Assembly (NCBI GenBank): GCA_965205865.1
Contig: CBDBHR010000030.1
Coordinates: forward strand, 736,001-800,000
DNA length: 64,000 nucleotides
Reading direction: 5' to 3'
Source: a bacterium
GTDB taxonomy: Bacteria; SAR324; NAC60-12
Below are positions 10,492-23,023 of the stretch, piece after piece. Under the pieces are notes generated by a model. The model was not told the DNA's origin, did no database searches, and was given only the letters and a program-made list of their open reading frames with translations. Position numbers and translations under genes: made by a program. Position 1 is the first letter of the stretch. Every line of letters begins with the position of its first letter.

Positions 10492-10680
10492 ATGTCGCCC
10501 ATTGTTGAAACTCGTAATTAAATAGGATTTTCACAATCAGATTTTGCAAAATTATTAGGTGTGTCTAAACGAACTTTACAAGATTGGGAGCAAGGGAGAC
10601 GGAAACCTAGTGGTCCAGCGAGATCTTTATTGATACTTGCCGAAAAGCGTCCAGAGGTGTTGCAGGAAGTTTTTTGTTAA
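10492..10680 (+). pseudogene. XRE/HigA-like HTH antitoxin remnant
   Basis: GFSQSDFAKLLGVSKRTLQDWEQGRRKPSGPARSLL; in-frame TAA at 10519. Confidence 0.75.
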
Positions 10681-10740
10681 AAAGTAACACTTTTTGCTAA
10701 CCGGTCCCAATCATGATTCCTTCAAAATGTTCAACATATT

Positions 10741-10900
10741 AAGGAATGAAATTTAAATAAGTTAGAAGTATGGATACGCAAAATTAGGGGACACGTAACA
10801 GCAGGCATAAAATAGTAGAGTTGGGATGCGCAGCGGTGTACATGTCCCCCAATTTTGCTCACACCATTGGAATAATTACAGGTTATTTAAGGTTTGTTCC
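10741..10900. repeat. ~160-bp dispersed repeat with internal IR; inverted copy at 41017-41172
   Basis: Direct comparison of the two copies; IR aaaattaggggacacgta / tacatgtcccccaatttt. Confidence 0.8.
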
Positions 10901-10983
10901 TAAATTGAGCTGGAGATTGAGCGGCCTCACCCGGTGATCAACCGGAGCGCCTTCTGCGCCCGGTATGCGTTTCGGTCGCATAG

Positions 10984-11115
10984 CAGATTGGGCGATTGAT
11001 TGGAGCTGACTCTGACGAGATAATATTAACCTCGGGGGCAACCGAGTCCAACAAACTCGCTTTATTGGGAGTAGCCAAGCGTGCCTTGCCTAACTCGTGG
11101 CGTTCGCTAACCTAG
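10984..11115 (+). pseudogene. Cysteine desulfurase (IscS/DndA-like) internal fragment
   Basis: Translates [31 protein letters not shown]. Confidence 0.75.
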
Positions 11116-11162
11116 CATTGAGATGGAAACATTTTATCCTTCACCATTGCATGATAAATTGT

Positions 11163-12257
11163 ATGACTTCTGCTGATAAAATCACTGTTGGGTTGTTATG
11201 CGGTGGCCGCAGCGGAGAGCACAAAGTTTCTCTGATCTCAGCCTTGAACATTCAAAAAGCACTTGATCCCGACAAATATAACGTTGCAGTTATCGGTATC
11301 GAACGATCAGGAAATTGGTATTTGAGTTGGGACGAAACCTACATTCACCACTCCCAAGACATTCGACATGTCTCATTGAACGTGTCGAAACCGGTTGTAC
11401 TGCCGCTTCTCAATGGAGATTTGATCGAAAAAGAGACTCAAAGAAGTCTTGCAAAAATAGATGTTTATTTCCCAATCACCCATGGTCCATACGGAGAGGA
11501 TGGAACACTGCAAGGATTTTTGCGTTCTTTGCAAGTTCCTTATGTGGGAGCCGATGTGACAGGATCCGCAATCAGCATGGACAAGGATGTCAGCAAGCGT
11601 CTCTTGCGAGACAGTGGAATGCCTGTTACTCCCTTTATCACCGTCAAAGAGCCTCATGCAATCTCGTTTGAAGAAGCATCAATGCAATTGGGAACTCCCT
11701 TATTTGCCAAACCCTGCCGCCTGGGTTCTTCTTTGGGAGTTTCTAAAATTTCCAATCCTGCCGATTTTGAGCAGGCAACCAACAAAGCATTTCAGTACGA
11801 TCGAAAAATCTTGATAGAGCAAGCAGTGGAGGGAAGAGAAATCGAATGCGCTGTTTTGGGAAATACTGATCCTAAGGCCTCGGAGGTATTAGGAGAAATC
11901 GTTCCCAGGGACGAGTTTTATTCTTATCAAGCAAAATATGTTCAAGAGGACGGAGCGAAATTGTTCGTTCCTGCCCAACTGCCTGCCGATGTCACTGAAA
12001 ATGTACGCCTGGCAGCAATTGCAGTTTACACCATCTTGGAATGTGAAGGGATGGCACGGATTGACTTCTTTGTGAAGGACGATGGTTCTTTTATCATCAA
12101 TGAAGCAAACACTCTCCCTGGATTTACCAATATCAGTATGTATCCCAAATTATGGGAAGCCTCGGGGCTCTCACAAAGGCAGTTACTGGACCGCTTGATT
12201 AAATTGGCCCTTGAGCGTTTTCAAAGAGAAAAAAAGCTGCTCATTTCTGAAAAGTAG
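11163..12257 (+). CDS. ddl: D-alanine-D-alanine ligase
   Basis: GGRSGEHKVS, HGPYGEDGTLQG, GSSLG, GREIECAVLG, NEANTLPGFT. Confidence 0.96.
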   Translation: MTSADKITVGLLCGGRSGEHKVSLISALNIQKALDPDKYNVAVIGIERSGNWYLSWDETYIHHSQDIRHVSLNVSKPVVLPLLNGDLIEKETQRSLAKIDVYFPITHGPYGEDGTLQGFLRSLQVPYVGADVTGSAISMDKDVSKRLLRDSGMPVTPFITVKEPHAISFEEASMQLGTPLFAKPCRLGSSLGVSKISNPADFEQATNKAFQYDRKILIEQAVEGREIECAVLGNTDPKASEVLGEIVPRDEFYSYQAKYVQEDGAKLFVPAQLPADVTENVRLAAIAVYTILECEGMARIDFFVKDDGSFIINEANTLPGFTNISMYPKLWEASGLSQRQLLDRLIKLALERFQREKKLLISEK

Positions 12258-12259
12258 AG

Positions 12260-12739
12260 ATGATGAGATTGTTAACTTCTCCTCATTTAAACGTGGTTTT
12301 GGTTGAACCTCAAATTCCTCCGAATACAGGCAATATTGCCCGGCTTTGCGCGGCAACGCAATGTCATCTCATTTTATTGGGAGAACTGGGCTTTGAACTT
12401 TCAGATCGATATCTCAAACGAGCAGGGCTTGATTACTGGGAATTTGTCAGTTGGGAGCATCAACTCGATGCCGAATCATTTTTTAACTCGTTCCCTGCCG
12501 AACGCTTTCACTTTCTGACAGTCCATTCCAATCGCCCTTACACTAAATGTATTCCCCAAAAAAGTGACTATTATTTTTTTGGAAAAGAAACATCCGGACT
12601 TCCCAAAAAATGGCTTTCACAATATGAGGATCGTTGCTATACCATCCCCATGTGGAATTCTCAAATACGTAGCCTGAATTTGTCCTCCGCAGCTGCCATT
12701 GTGATTTATGATGCCCTTCACCGCATCCTTCATTTCTAA
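12260..12739 (+). CDS. trmL: tRNA (cytidine34-2'-O)-methyltransferase
   Basis: PQIPPNTGNIARLCA, RAGLDYW, FGKETSGL, RSLNLS. Confidence 0.95.
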   Translation: MMRLLTSPHLNVVLVEPQIPPNTGNIARLCAATQCHLILLGELGFELSDRYLKRAGLDYWEFVSWEHQLDAESFFNSFPAERFHFLTVHSNRPYTKCIPQKSDYYFFGKETSGLPKKWLSQYEDRCYTIPMWNSQIRSLNLSSAAAIVIYDALHRILHF

Positions 12740-12759
12740 CCCGACTCTAAAATATTTTT

Positions 12760-13383
12760 ATGTTATTGAGTATCAACCCTGTAAGTCCTCAACAACGCTT
12801 GATTGACAGAGCCGTTTCCATTCTGCAGAACGATGGAGTGATTGTCTATCCGACAGATACGGTTTATGGCCTTGGATGCAGTATATTCAGCAAAAAAGCA
12901 ATGGCTCGTATTTGTCAGATAAAAAATAGAGATCCAAAAAAACCTATGAGCTTCATCTGTAGCAGCGAAAGTCAAATTCAAGAATACACTCAAGGGATCC
13001 CAACTCCTATTTTTAAAATCATACGCCGGTATCTGCCAGGCCCTTACACTTTTATTTTCAATGCATCCAAGGTAGTTCCACAAATGATGCTTACCAGACG
13101 AAAAACCCTAGGATGCCGATGGCCGGATCATTCCATTGCAATCAAACTTGTCGAAACATTGGGAAATCCTATCTTGAGCACCAGTTTACTCACTTCCGAA
13201 GAAACACTATACGACGATGCTGTCTATTTGCATGAAGAATACAAAAAACTTGTTGATTTGGTTATCGACGGCGGGACTATTTTTGCTGAATATTCAACTA
13301 TTGTCGATTTCACGATTTCTCCCCCCGCAGTGGTTCGGCAAGGAAAAGGGGAGACGAATTGGATAGAGAAAATTTTTGTATGA
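12760..13383 (+). CDS. YciO/TsaC (Sua5/YrdC) family protein
   Basis: YPTDTVYGLGC, K.R...KP, LPGPYTFI, STS, ST.VD, RQGKG. Confidence 0.9.
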   Translation: MLLSINPVSPQQRLIDRAVSILQNDGVIVYPTDTVYGLGCSIFSKKAMARICQIKNRDPKKPMSFICSSESQIQEYTQGIPTPIFKIIRRYLPGPYTFIFNASKVVPQMMLTRRKTLGCRWPDHSIAIKLVETLGNPILSTSLLTSEETLYDDAVYLHEEYKKLVDLVIDGGTIFAEYSTIVDFTISPPAVVRQGKGETNWIEKIFV

Positions 13384-13703
13384 AATGAAAGCATTTTGTT
13401 GTAACCTCGTGGACAGGATTAGAACGGTATTCTGTGAAGTCACTTCATCTCTCAATATCGTCTATCGGAGAAATATAGAGACTCTAATTGTTAAACTGAC
13501 AGAAAAAAATCATAGATTTTCAAAACTTTAAAGACTGATCCCAATTTCATGAAAATCCCTCAAAGTAATCGTTAAAATTGTTAAAATTACAATTTGCTTG
13601 AAAACCAGTGACAATTATTTTTTTAAATTATTTTTTAATATCAATAACTTAAATTTAAATTTACAAATTTACAAACATTACTGATATTACGATGAAATAA
13701 TTA

Positions 13704-14840
13704 ATGGAAATTCTAATTAAAAAAGAAATCTTAATCAGTGCCCTTCAGTCTATCCATTCCATAACCGATAAGAGTTCTGCCAAACCAATTCTTTCCAATT
13801 TCCTTTTAAAATCTTTGGACGATGAGCATGGCATTGACGGGGAAAGTTGCGTTGAATTCTCTTCCACTGATTATGAAATCACAATTATTGGAAAATTCCC
13901 TGCTCAGATTATCGAACATGGGAGCATTTGTATTAGTGCGCGAAGAGTGTATGACATTTGTAGAGAGTTTCCAGGAGAAGAAATCCATATAAAATCCACA
14001 GACCAACTGTGGATTCATGTCACTAGCGGAGTTTCTCAGCTCAAACTTCCTTCTATTGATGTTGGTCTTTATCCACAGGCAAATTTGGAAAATTTACCTG
14101 AAAAAGTGATCACAACAGCAGAAGACCTGAAATATTTTATTGAAGCTACTTTGTTTGCTGCGCAGACGAATGAATCTCGCAGAAACTTGATGGGCGTGTG
14201 TCTGTCAATAATTGATGAAAAGACAACACGTTGGCTTGCCACGGATGGACATCGATTGGCTCAGTTCATTGGTAGCGTACCTTCTACGGTTTCTGAAAAT
14301 GTGTTCGAGGTAATCATTCCGAGGAAAGCACTGCAGGAAGTCAGTAAAGCGGCAGATCTATTTATTGATCCCGTCGAAGTTTCTTTTGATGATCGAACGC
14401 TTCAATTTTTCAGTTCATGCTTTACGATTCAGACGCGTCTGATTGAAGGAAAATTTCCAAATTGCGATCCAATCATTCCCAAAGACAATGATTTTTCTAT
14501 CGTGGTGGATCGAGAACGATTGATGAGTTCCTTAAGGATCGTTTCTTTGATCAGCAATGAAAAACTGAAGCCTGTCAAAGTGACGATTTCTCCTGAGAAG
14601 CTTATTTTGGAAAGCGAAAAAGCGGAATATGGAGAAGTGCGGGATGAAATTGTAATCAATCATTCCGGAGAGGAATTCCAGATTGGCTTCAATGCCAGGT
14701 ATTTACTGGATGTGCTCCATGTGCTGCATGGCGAAGAAATTCTACTGGAATTCAAGAATGCCATGAGTCCTTGTCTGATCAAAGATCCTACGGATGATTC
14801 TTTCCTTTCCGTAATCATGCCTTTGCGAATTGAATGGTGA
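13704..14840 (+). CDS. dnaN: DNA polymerase III beta clamp
   Basis: STDYE, ATDGHRL, IIPRK, RLIEGKFP, GFNARY, VIMPLR. Confidence 0.96.
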   Translation: MEILIKKEILISALQSIHSITDKSSAKPILSNFLLKSLDDEHGIDGESCVEFSSTDYEITIIGKFPAQIIEHGSICISARRVYDICREFPGEEIHIKSTDQLWIHVTSGVSQLKLPSIDVGLYPQANLENLPEKVITTAEDLKYFIEATLFAAQTNESRRNLMGVCLSIIDEKTTRWLATDGHRLAQFIGSVPSTVSENVFEVIIPRKALQEVSKAADLFIDPVEVSFDDRTLQFFSSCFTIQTRLIEGKFPNCDPIIPKDNDFSIVVDRERLMSSLRIVSLISNEKLKPVKVTISPEKLILESEKAEYGEVRDEIVINHSGEEFQIGFNARYLLDVLHVLHGEEILLEFKNAMSPCLIKDPTDDSFLSVIMPLRIEW

Positions 14841-14930
14841 ACTCCATAGAAGTAAAGAAAAGAGGGGCCTGATGCGTAACAATGTCGTTCCAAAATCAGA
14901 AGACTTCCTGATGCAACAAAGGAAAGTTTG

Positions 14931-16010
14931 ATGGTCATCCATGTCTTGGAACTGCATCATTTTCGCAATTATACCCGTCTAAAAATTGAATTTTCTCCTC
15001 GGATAAATTTTATTTGGGGGAGCAACGGACAAGGGAAGACGAATCTAGTCGAAGCGCTGTATTATCTCTGCAACTTGGATTCTTTCCGCACTCGTAAAAT
15101 TATTCCACTTTTACAGGATAGAAAAGAGTTTGCCTTGCTCAAATCTTCGATTGAGCGAAACAACGTCCTGCTTTCCGTTCAAATCAATCTTTCCAAAAAA
15201 GGGAAAAAAGTCTTATTGAACCAAAAACTTTCTCGTAAGACTTCGGAGCATATCCTTTCTTTCTTTTCTCTTGCCTTTACTCCGGAAGATGTTCCTTTGT
15301 TTCGGGCGTATCCCCATGAAAGAAGACGCTTTTTTGACCGGACTCTATCATTTGTGGATGCTTCTTATTTTTCTGATATACAGGAATTGAATCAATTGTA
15401 TGCACACAAAAATGCCCTCCTGAAAAGAAAAGAAAGCTCTCAAATTCCTCTTTGGAATGAACTCCTTTTGAAGATCAGTCAAAAAGTAACGAGACGGAGG
15501 TATGATTTCATTCAGGCGCTCAATTGCGATTTGAGCAATTATTTTAAGAAAATGACGGGAAGGCCTGAAAGATTGGTTTTGGAGTATCAACCTTCTTTTG
15601 GAGAAAAGTGTTATGACCATCCCGAGTTGATGAAAGAGATGTTGCGGAAAATCATGGAAAGGGAACTGAATTACGGGTATGCCCTGCTTGGGCCTCATCG
15701 AGACGATTATCGTTTGTTTCTGGACGATCGCGGAGATCGTGACTTTTTTTCACAAGGAGAACTACGCGTTACGAATTTGTCTTTAAAAATGTCAATAAAT
15801 CAACTATTATCAAAGAGATATGGCTTTTATCCCGTACTCATTTTCGATGACCTATTCTCAGAGCTGGATCCTCATGTGAATAAGAACGTATTGCAATTAT
15901 TCACTGAATTGAAAAACCAGATTTTCGTCACCTCTGCAGATATTTCTCCAAATTTGATAGCTCATGGAAAAACCTTTCATATTGCGAATGGCAGCCTCAG
16001 CAATTGCTGA
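14931..16010 (+). CDS. recF: DNA replication/repair protein RecF
   Basis: FRNY, GSNGQGKTN, GPHRDD, SQGE, DDLFSELD; lies between dnaN and gyrB. Confidence 0.95.
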   Translation: MVIHVLELHHFRNYTRLKIEFSPRINFIWGSNGQGKTNLVEALYYLCNLDSFRTRKIIPLLQDRKEFALLKSSIERNNVLLSVQINLSKKGKKVLLNQKLSRKTSEHILSFFSLAFTPEDVPLFRAYPHERRRFFDRTLSFVDASYFSDIQELNQLYAHKNALLKRKESSQIPLWNELLLKISQKVTRRRYDFIQALNCDLSNYFKKMTGRPERLVLEYQPSFGEKCYDHPELMKEMLRKIMERELNYGYALLGPHRDDYRLFLDDRGDRDFFSQGELRVTNLSLKMSINQLLSKRYGFYPVLIFDDLFSELDPHVNKNVLQLFTELKNQIFVTSADISPNLIAHGKTFHIANGSLSNC

Positions 16011-16147
16011 AAATTGGAATTCTCTTATTTTTGCGAGCAATCAAGAATATTGGTTTTTAATGGAGTGAAAATATGCTTTTCAGACTGAATGAAAGGATCA
16101 GCAAGTTTTTGAAAAATGCTTTGGACACAATTATGTCGCTTCAATGA

Positions 16148-18550
<2,403 letters not shown>

Positions 18551-18566
18551 CCCTGATTAGGAGACC

Positions 18567-19931
18567 ATGTCTCAGTCATTACCGATTCTCGCCATTGTGG
18601 GGCGCCCCAACGTAGGAAAATCAACACTTTTCAATCGTCTGCTCAAACGTCGTGCTGCCATTGTAGAAAACACTCCAGGTGTCACCAGAGATCGAAACTA
18701 TGGAACGGCCCATTATGGAAACTATTTGTTTTTACTCATTGATACAGGAGGGTTTGAGCCTGAAACAAAAGGAATCATGGAGCAAATGCGTCTGCAATCC
18801 CAACTGGCCGTGCAAGAAGCGGATGCAATCATTTTTTTGACGGATGCGCGAGAAGGTTGGACACCGGATGATGCGGCGATCTACCGCTTTCTCAGTCAAT
18901 CCGATAAACCAGTTTATTTTGCCGTCAATAAAGCAGATAGCGCAAAACAGCAATTCGATGTTTATGATTTTTATCAATCGGGGACTGACAACCTCTTCGC
19001 CATCTCTGCCCAGCATGATTTGGGCATGGAAGCGCTTTTAGAAGCAATCCATCAAACCATTCCCCTCGTCTTTTCTGAGCAAGAGGAAAGTTTCTCATCT
19101 CAAATCAAGGTGGCGCTTGTCGGACAGCCCAATGTGGGGAAATCCTTGCTGATCAATGCGATTCTTCAGGAAAGCCGAATGGTGGTTGATGAATCTGCAG
19201 GAACCACCAGGGATCCCATTGATAGTCAATTTCGACGTGGTACTGATGAATTTTTACTGATCGATACGGCAGGGATTCGACGAAAGAGCAAAGTCAGTCA
19301 GAAAATAGAAACATTCAGCATCGTATCGGCACTGAGGGCAATCGAACGGTCTGACGTGGTACTATTGGTAGTTGATGGAACTCAGGAAATCACCACCCAA
19401 ACCGCAAGGATTGCCGGCTACGTTTGCGATCGTAAAAAAGCAGTTGTGATTGTCGTCAACAAATGGGATTTGGTGAAAAATCACCGATCTGCTCAGGAAA
19501 TACTCAAGGAGGCCGTTTATGCAAAACTGCCTTTCATCGAATATGCGCCAATTGTTTTTGTAAGTGCTAAAACAAGCCAGCGCGTCTTAAATATATTCGA
19601 TTTGGTGATCCGGATTCATCAGCAGTATATCCGCCGTATCCAAACTTCGGACTTGAACACGATTTTGGAACTAATTGTCCGCAAACATCCTCCTCCTATC
19701 AAATCCGGACGACCAACCCGGATATACTACGGTAGTCAAGTCGTAACCTCTCCTCCTACTTTTGTTTTTATGACCAATAATCCCGACAAAACCAACTCCA
19801 GTTATGAACGTTACATGGTCAATCAATTGCGTTATCATTTTGGCTTTCAAGGAACACCATTAGAAATTATTTGGAGAAAACGAACTTCCAAATTCAGCAA
19901 GCCTTATCCGGCGCAAAAAAAATTGTCGTGA
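18567..19931 (+). CDS. der: Ribosome biogenesis GTPase Der
   Basis: Two GTPase domains (GRPNVGKS, GQPNVGKS; DTGG/DTAG) plus KH-like C-terminus. Confidence 0.96.
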   Translation: MSQSLPILAIVGRPNVGKSTLFNRLLKRRAAIVENTPGVTRDRNYGTAHYGNYLFLLIDTGGFEPETKGIMEQMRLQSQLAVQEADAIIFLTDAREGWTPDDAAIYRFLSQSDKPVYFAVNKADSAKQQFDVYDFYQSGTDNLFAISAQHDLGMEALLEAIHQTIPLVFSEQEESFSSQIKVALVGQPNVGKSLLINAILQESRMVVDESAGTTRDPIDSQFRRGTDEFLLIDTAGIRRKSKVSQKIETFSIVSALRAIERSDVVLLVVDGTQEITTQTARIAGYVCDRKKAVVIVVNKWDLVKNHRSAQEILKEAVYAKLPFIEYAPIVFVSAKTSQRVLNIFDLVIRIHQQYIRRIQTSDLNTILELIVRKHPPPIKSGRPTRIYYGSQVVTSPPTFVFMTNNPDKTNSSYERYMVNQLRYHFGFQGTPLEIIWRKRTSKFSKPYPAQKKLS

Positions 19932-19970
19932 ATTTTCAAAGTTTAAGGATCAGATTTCCAAAAGGAAAGA

Positions 19971-21143
19971 ATGCCTCATTATCTGTGGAAAGGGGTGAAT
20001 GTTCATGGCTACCCTGAAGAAGGCGCCATTGAAAGTCCTAATACAGGAAAAATCCTGGATGAACTTAGAAAGAAAAACATTTTCAAAGTCCACTTTCACC
20101 GTATTTTTAATCGCAGACTTCAATTACCTCTCAATCAGGACATAATAGTCCATTTTTTAACCCAATTGTATCGGTTGTTGGATTCCGGGATAGAACTGGT
20201 GGACAGCCTGAGCTTCATCATTCGTTACCAGGCCAATACCTTGTTTGGCTATATTCTCTGCGCATTGAGACAGGATATTCAAGAAGGCAAATCGTTGTCG
20301 GATGCGTTTTTGCGTTTTCAAGCCAATTTCCCCCCTATCTTTCTCCATTTGATTGCAGTGGCGGAAAAATCGGGAAATTTGAAAGGAGTGGTGGAGGAAT
20401 TGTTGATTTTTTTTGCATTTCAAAACAGATTTGCTCAAGAACGGCGTAAACTGCTGACCTATCCTCTCATTGTTTCCGGGATCGTTGTGATCTTGTTTTT
20501 GGGTATTTTATTTTTTGTCATTCCCAACTTTAAAAGTATGTTCGCCGCTTTAGGTGATGACTTACCTCTGACGACCCGGGGATTGCTCATTCTCAGTGAT
20601 TCCTTGCTTACAACACCTCAGTATTGGGTTGCAGGCGGGGCAGTGGGTATTGCCGGATTCGGCTATTATTGGCGTATTGCTGATTGGGGAAGGATCTTAT
20701 TTTTCGTTCCCGGTCTGCATGGGATTGAACAATCCATCCGTTTGCTTTTTTATGCTCGCTCCATGATGATTATGTTGAAATCGGGTATGCAATTGAGAGA
20801 GGCATTAGCAATCTCAGAATCTTTGTTTTCAAAACGCTTGCGAGAGGAAATACGGGGAGTGCATCAACAAATCGATTCCGGAAAGTCGTTGGTGGACGCT
20901 TATAGCAGTAGCTCCCTCTTTCCTCCCCTTTTTGTCCATTTGGTCGCTGTCGGAGAATCCAGCGGACATTTGGTGCCCACTTTTGATCGCATTGCAGCTC
21001 TTTATCAGGAAATGCTTGAAAAACGGATGAATTTGCTCAATTCCTTGATAGAACCAATTTTTACGGTGGTATTGGGTTTGGGAATTCTGATTATTCTGCT
21101 TTCCATTTATTTGCCGATTTTCGAAATGGCCGGTCGTTTCTGA
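19971..21143 (+). CDS. Type IV pilus/T2SS platform protein (PilC/GspF)
   Basis: Two T2SSF repeats (AEKSGNL, GESSGHL), YP, IEP, IYLPIF. Confidence 0.9.
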   Translation: MPHYLWKGVNVHGYPEEGAIESPNTGKILDELRKKNIFKVHFHRIFNRRLQLPLNQDIIVHFLTQLYRLLDSGIELVDSLSFIIRYQANTLFGYILCALRQDIQEGKSLSDAFLRFQANFPPIFLHLIAVAEKSGNLKGVVEELLIFFAFQNRFAQERRKLLTYPLIVSGIVVILFLGILFFVIPNFKSMFAALGDDLPLTTRGLLILSDSLLTTPQYWVAGGAVGIAGFGYYWRIADWGRILFFVPGLHGIEQSIRLLFYARSMMIMLKSGMQLREALAISESLFSKRLREEIRGVHQQIDSGKSLVDAYSSSSLFPPLFVHLVAVGESSGHLVPTFDRIAALYQEMLEKRMNLLNSLIEPIFTVVLGLGILIILLSIYLPIFEMAGRF

Positions 21144-21157
21144 AGGGAAGGTTGTTG

Positions 21158-22324
21158 TCAGAGTCGATAGATTAATGTTTTTGGTATCACCCATTTGTAA
21201 TGGGGGATCAACCATATTCCTGCTACGTCTGCAGTTTCTATCAACTGTCCTTGCGTATTTCGAATGTAAATCGGTACAATTCTAAGTCTCCTGCCCTCCG
21301 GTGTAATAAACAACAGTTCTTCATCTGCATGAAAGGGTTGTCTTGAAATCAGGGCAATATGTTGGTCCTTGATCGATTCGACGACATACGCCACTAGATT
21401 CTTTCCGTGATCACTCAAGTGTTTGTTTTTTAAACGCTGAATGGGACGGTCGGTTCGATTGGATCTAAAAAATCCATGGATTGTATGGACCGGCCATTGT
21501 GCCTTGATTGATTTGACCAGTTCTCCATCGTAATTTTCTCTGAGGGAATCAATCTTTTGAATCCATTCAAAGGATTTGACGAACCTCAAATCAATTCTAA
21601 GGGTATGGAGCGCTGTTTCCCGCAATACGGGCAGGAGGTCCAACAGAAACAGGTCGTAGTAATGAAACATGAAGGTGCCATGACGGTTTTCCAGGGTGGG
21701 ATAATGATGGTGCTGTTGAGTATCACTGGCTACGATTGTTTCAAAAGAAGATTGGGAAGTGTTTGGGAAGGGACGTAGCAATGAGCGTGGCGTATAAAAT
21801 AAAAGAATTCTGCCCAATCCAAGGATTTCACAAGAAGATTCTAACTCGGAACAGTATTGTTTCAAAGTCGTTCCCGGAAGCTCCGTAGAAAGCACCAGAC
21901 GTTTCAGTTGTTCGCCAAAATAGTCGCGCCACTGCTGGAGACTGACCAAATTGTGATTGCCGGTTTCAACAATCAAATGAAGAGGTACATCAGGGAAGTG
22001 CTGACGTATCCACTGGGCAATCCCGACATCCTGTACTCGAACCGCAGCAATTTTAGATAAAGGCAGTTGATTGAAAATTTTTGCCCCACGGAGCAAATCG
22101 GATTCGCTGGCCAGGATATCCCATTGCGCAATCGGAGAAAATCCTTGTTTAATGGCCTCGGGGATCAACGCTTTTATTTCAGCGGTATCAAGTGTTCCAA
22201 AACGACTGAGATCTTCATGCTCCAGGATAATTTCACGGATGGAAGTCGGTTGTAGAAGTGACAGTTGGCCAGGGGTGGTCACATATGTATTGAAGGTCAA
22301 TCTTGCTGGAGCCATAGACGGCAT
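21158..22324 (-). CDS. Peptidase U32-like protein
   Basis: VRVQDVG, RLVLSTELP, LFYTPR.L, ENRHGTFM, LRID pattern. Confidence 0.65.
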   Translation of the reverse strand: MPSMAPARLTFNTYVTTPGQLSLLQPTSIREIILEHEDLSRFGTLDTAEIKALIPEAIKQGFSPIAQWDILASESDLLRGAKIFNQLPLSKIAAVRVQDVGIAQWIRQHFPDVPLHLIVETGNHNLVSLQQWRDYFGEQLKRLVLSTELPGTTLKQYCSELESSCEILGLGRILLFYTPRSLLRPFPNTSQSSFETIVASDTQQHHHYPTLENRHGTFMFHYYDLFLLDLLPVLRETALHTLRIDLRFVKSFEWIQKIDSLRENYDGELVKSIKAQWPVHTIHGFFRSNRTDRPIQRLKNKHLSDHGKNLVAYVVESIKDQHIALISRQPFHADEELLFITPEGRRLRIVPIYIRNTQGQLIETADVAGIWLIPHYKWVIPKTLIYRL

Positions 22325-22998
22325 TGCTCTGAGGTGATTTGAAAGGCGGGTACGTCATGGCGGATTCTGCGTTGCCGTATGACAAGCACACGGTTGGATA
22401 ATTCCAAACCTAACTCATATTGATGAGTGACCATCAATATGGTGCCCCCTTCTTGATGGAATCGTTTTAAATATTCTTGAAACAACTTGGTGGAGTTTTG
22501 ATCCAATCCTGAATACGGTTCATCCAGAACAAGAAGTTCTGGTTCGCACAAGATCAACTTTGCAATGGTTAAACGTTTGACCATCCCACTGCTGAAAGTG
22601 TAGACAGGCAAATGTCTCGCGTAATCCAAGGCAACGAATTTCAGAGTTTTTTCAATTTGCCGGGATAGATTTTTGACAGCATGAAGATTCCCAAACACTC
22701 TTAAATTTTCAGTGGCGGTTAAATCCGCATACAAGCGGCTTTCGTGAGCAATACTGGCAGTCGCCTGGCGCAGTTGATGAGCAACTTCCCGAAAACGGCT
22801 GCCTTTGAAAAAAATTTCTCCTTCACTGGGACGTGTCAGAGAACAAATGATTTGCAATAACGTGGTTTTTCCAACTCCGTTGTTTCCTAACAAAAGGGCG
22901 CAGTCCCCCATCATGATATCAAGATCGATGTTATGCAAAACAGTACGAAAACCATAACGTTTAGAAACATTGCGCAAGTTAATCAAAGGTGAATTCAT
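22297..22998 (-). CDS. ccmA: CcmA-like ABC ATPase
   Basis: GNNGVGKTT, LY.DLTA.ENL, FSSGM.KRL, LDEPY.GLD. Confidence 0.75.
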   Translation of the reverse strand: MNSPLINLRNVSKRYGFRTVLHNIDLDIMMGDCALLLGNNGVGKTTLLQIICSLTRPSEGEIFFKGSRFREVAHQLRQATASIAHESRLYADLTATENLRVFGNLHAVKNLSRQIEKTLKFVALDYARHLPVYTFSSGMVKRLTIAKLILCEPELLVLDEPYSGLDQNSTKLFQEYLKRFHQEGGTILMVTHQYELGLELSNRVLVIRQRRIRHDVPAFQITSEQCRLWLQQD

Positions 22999-23023
22999 GG
23001 AAGATCTGCGTGTGACAACCAAC

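Noticed and set aside
10900-11115. Possible ncRNA upstream of ddl
   Set aside because: Most of it translates as a cysteine desulfurase fragment.
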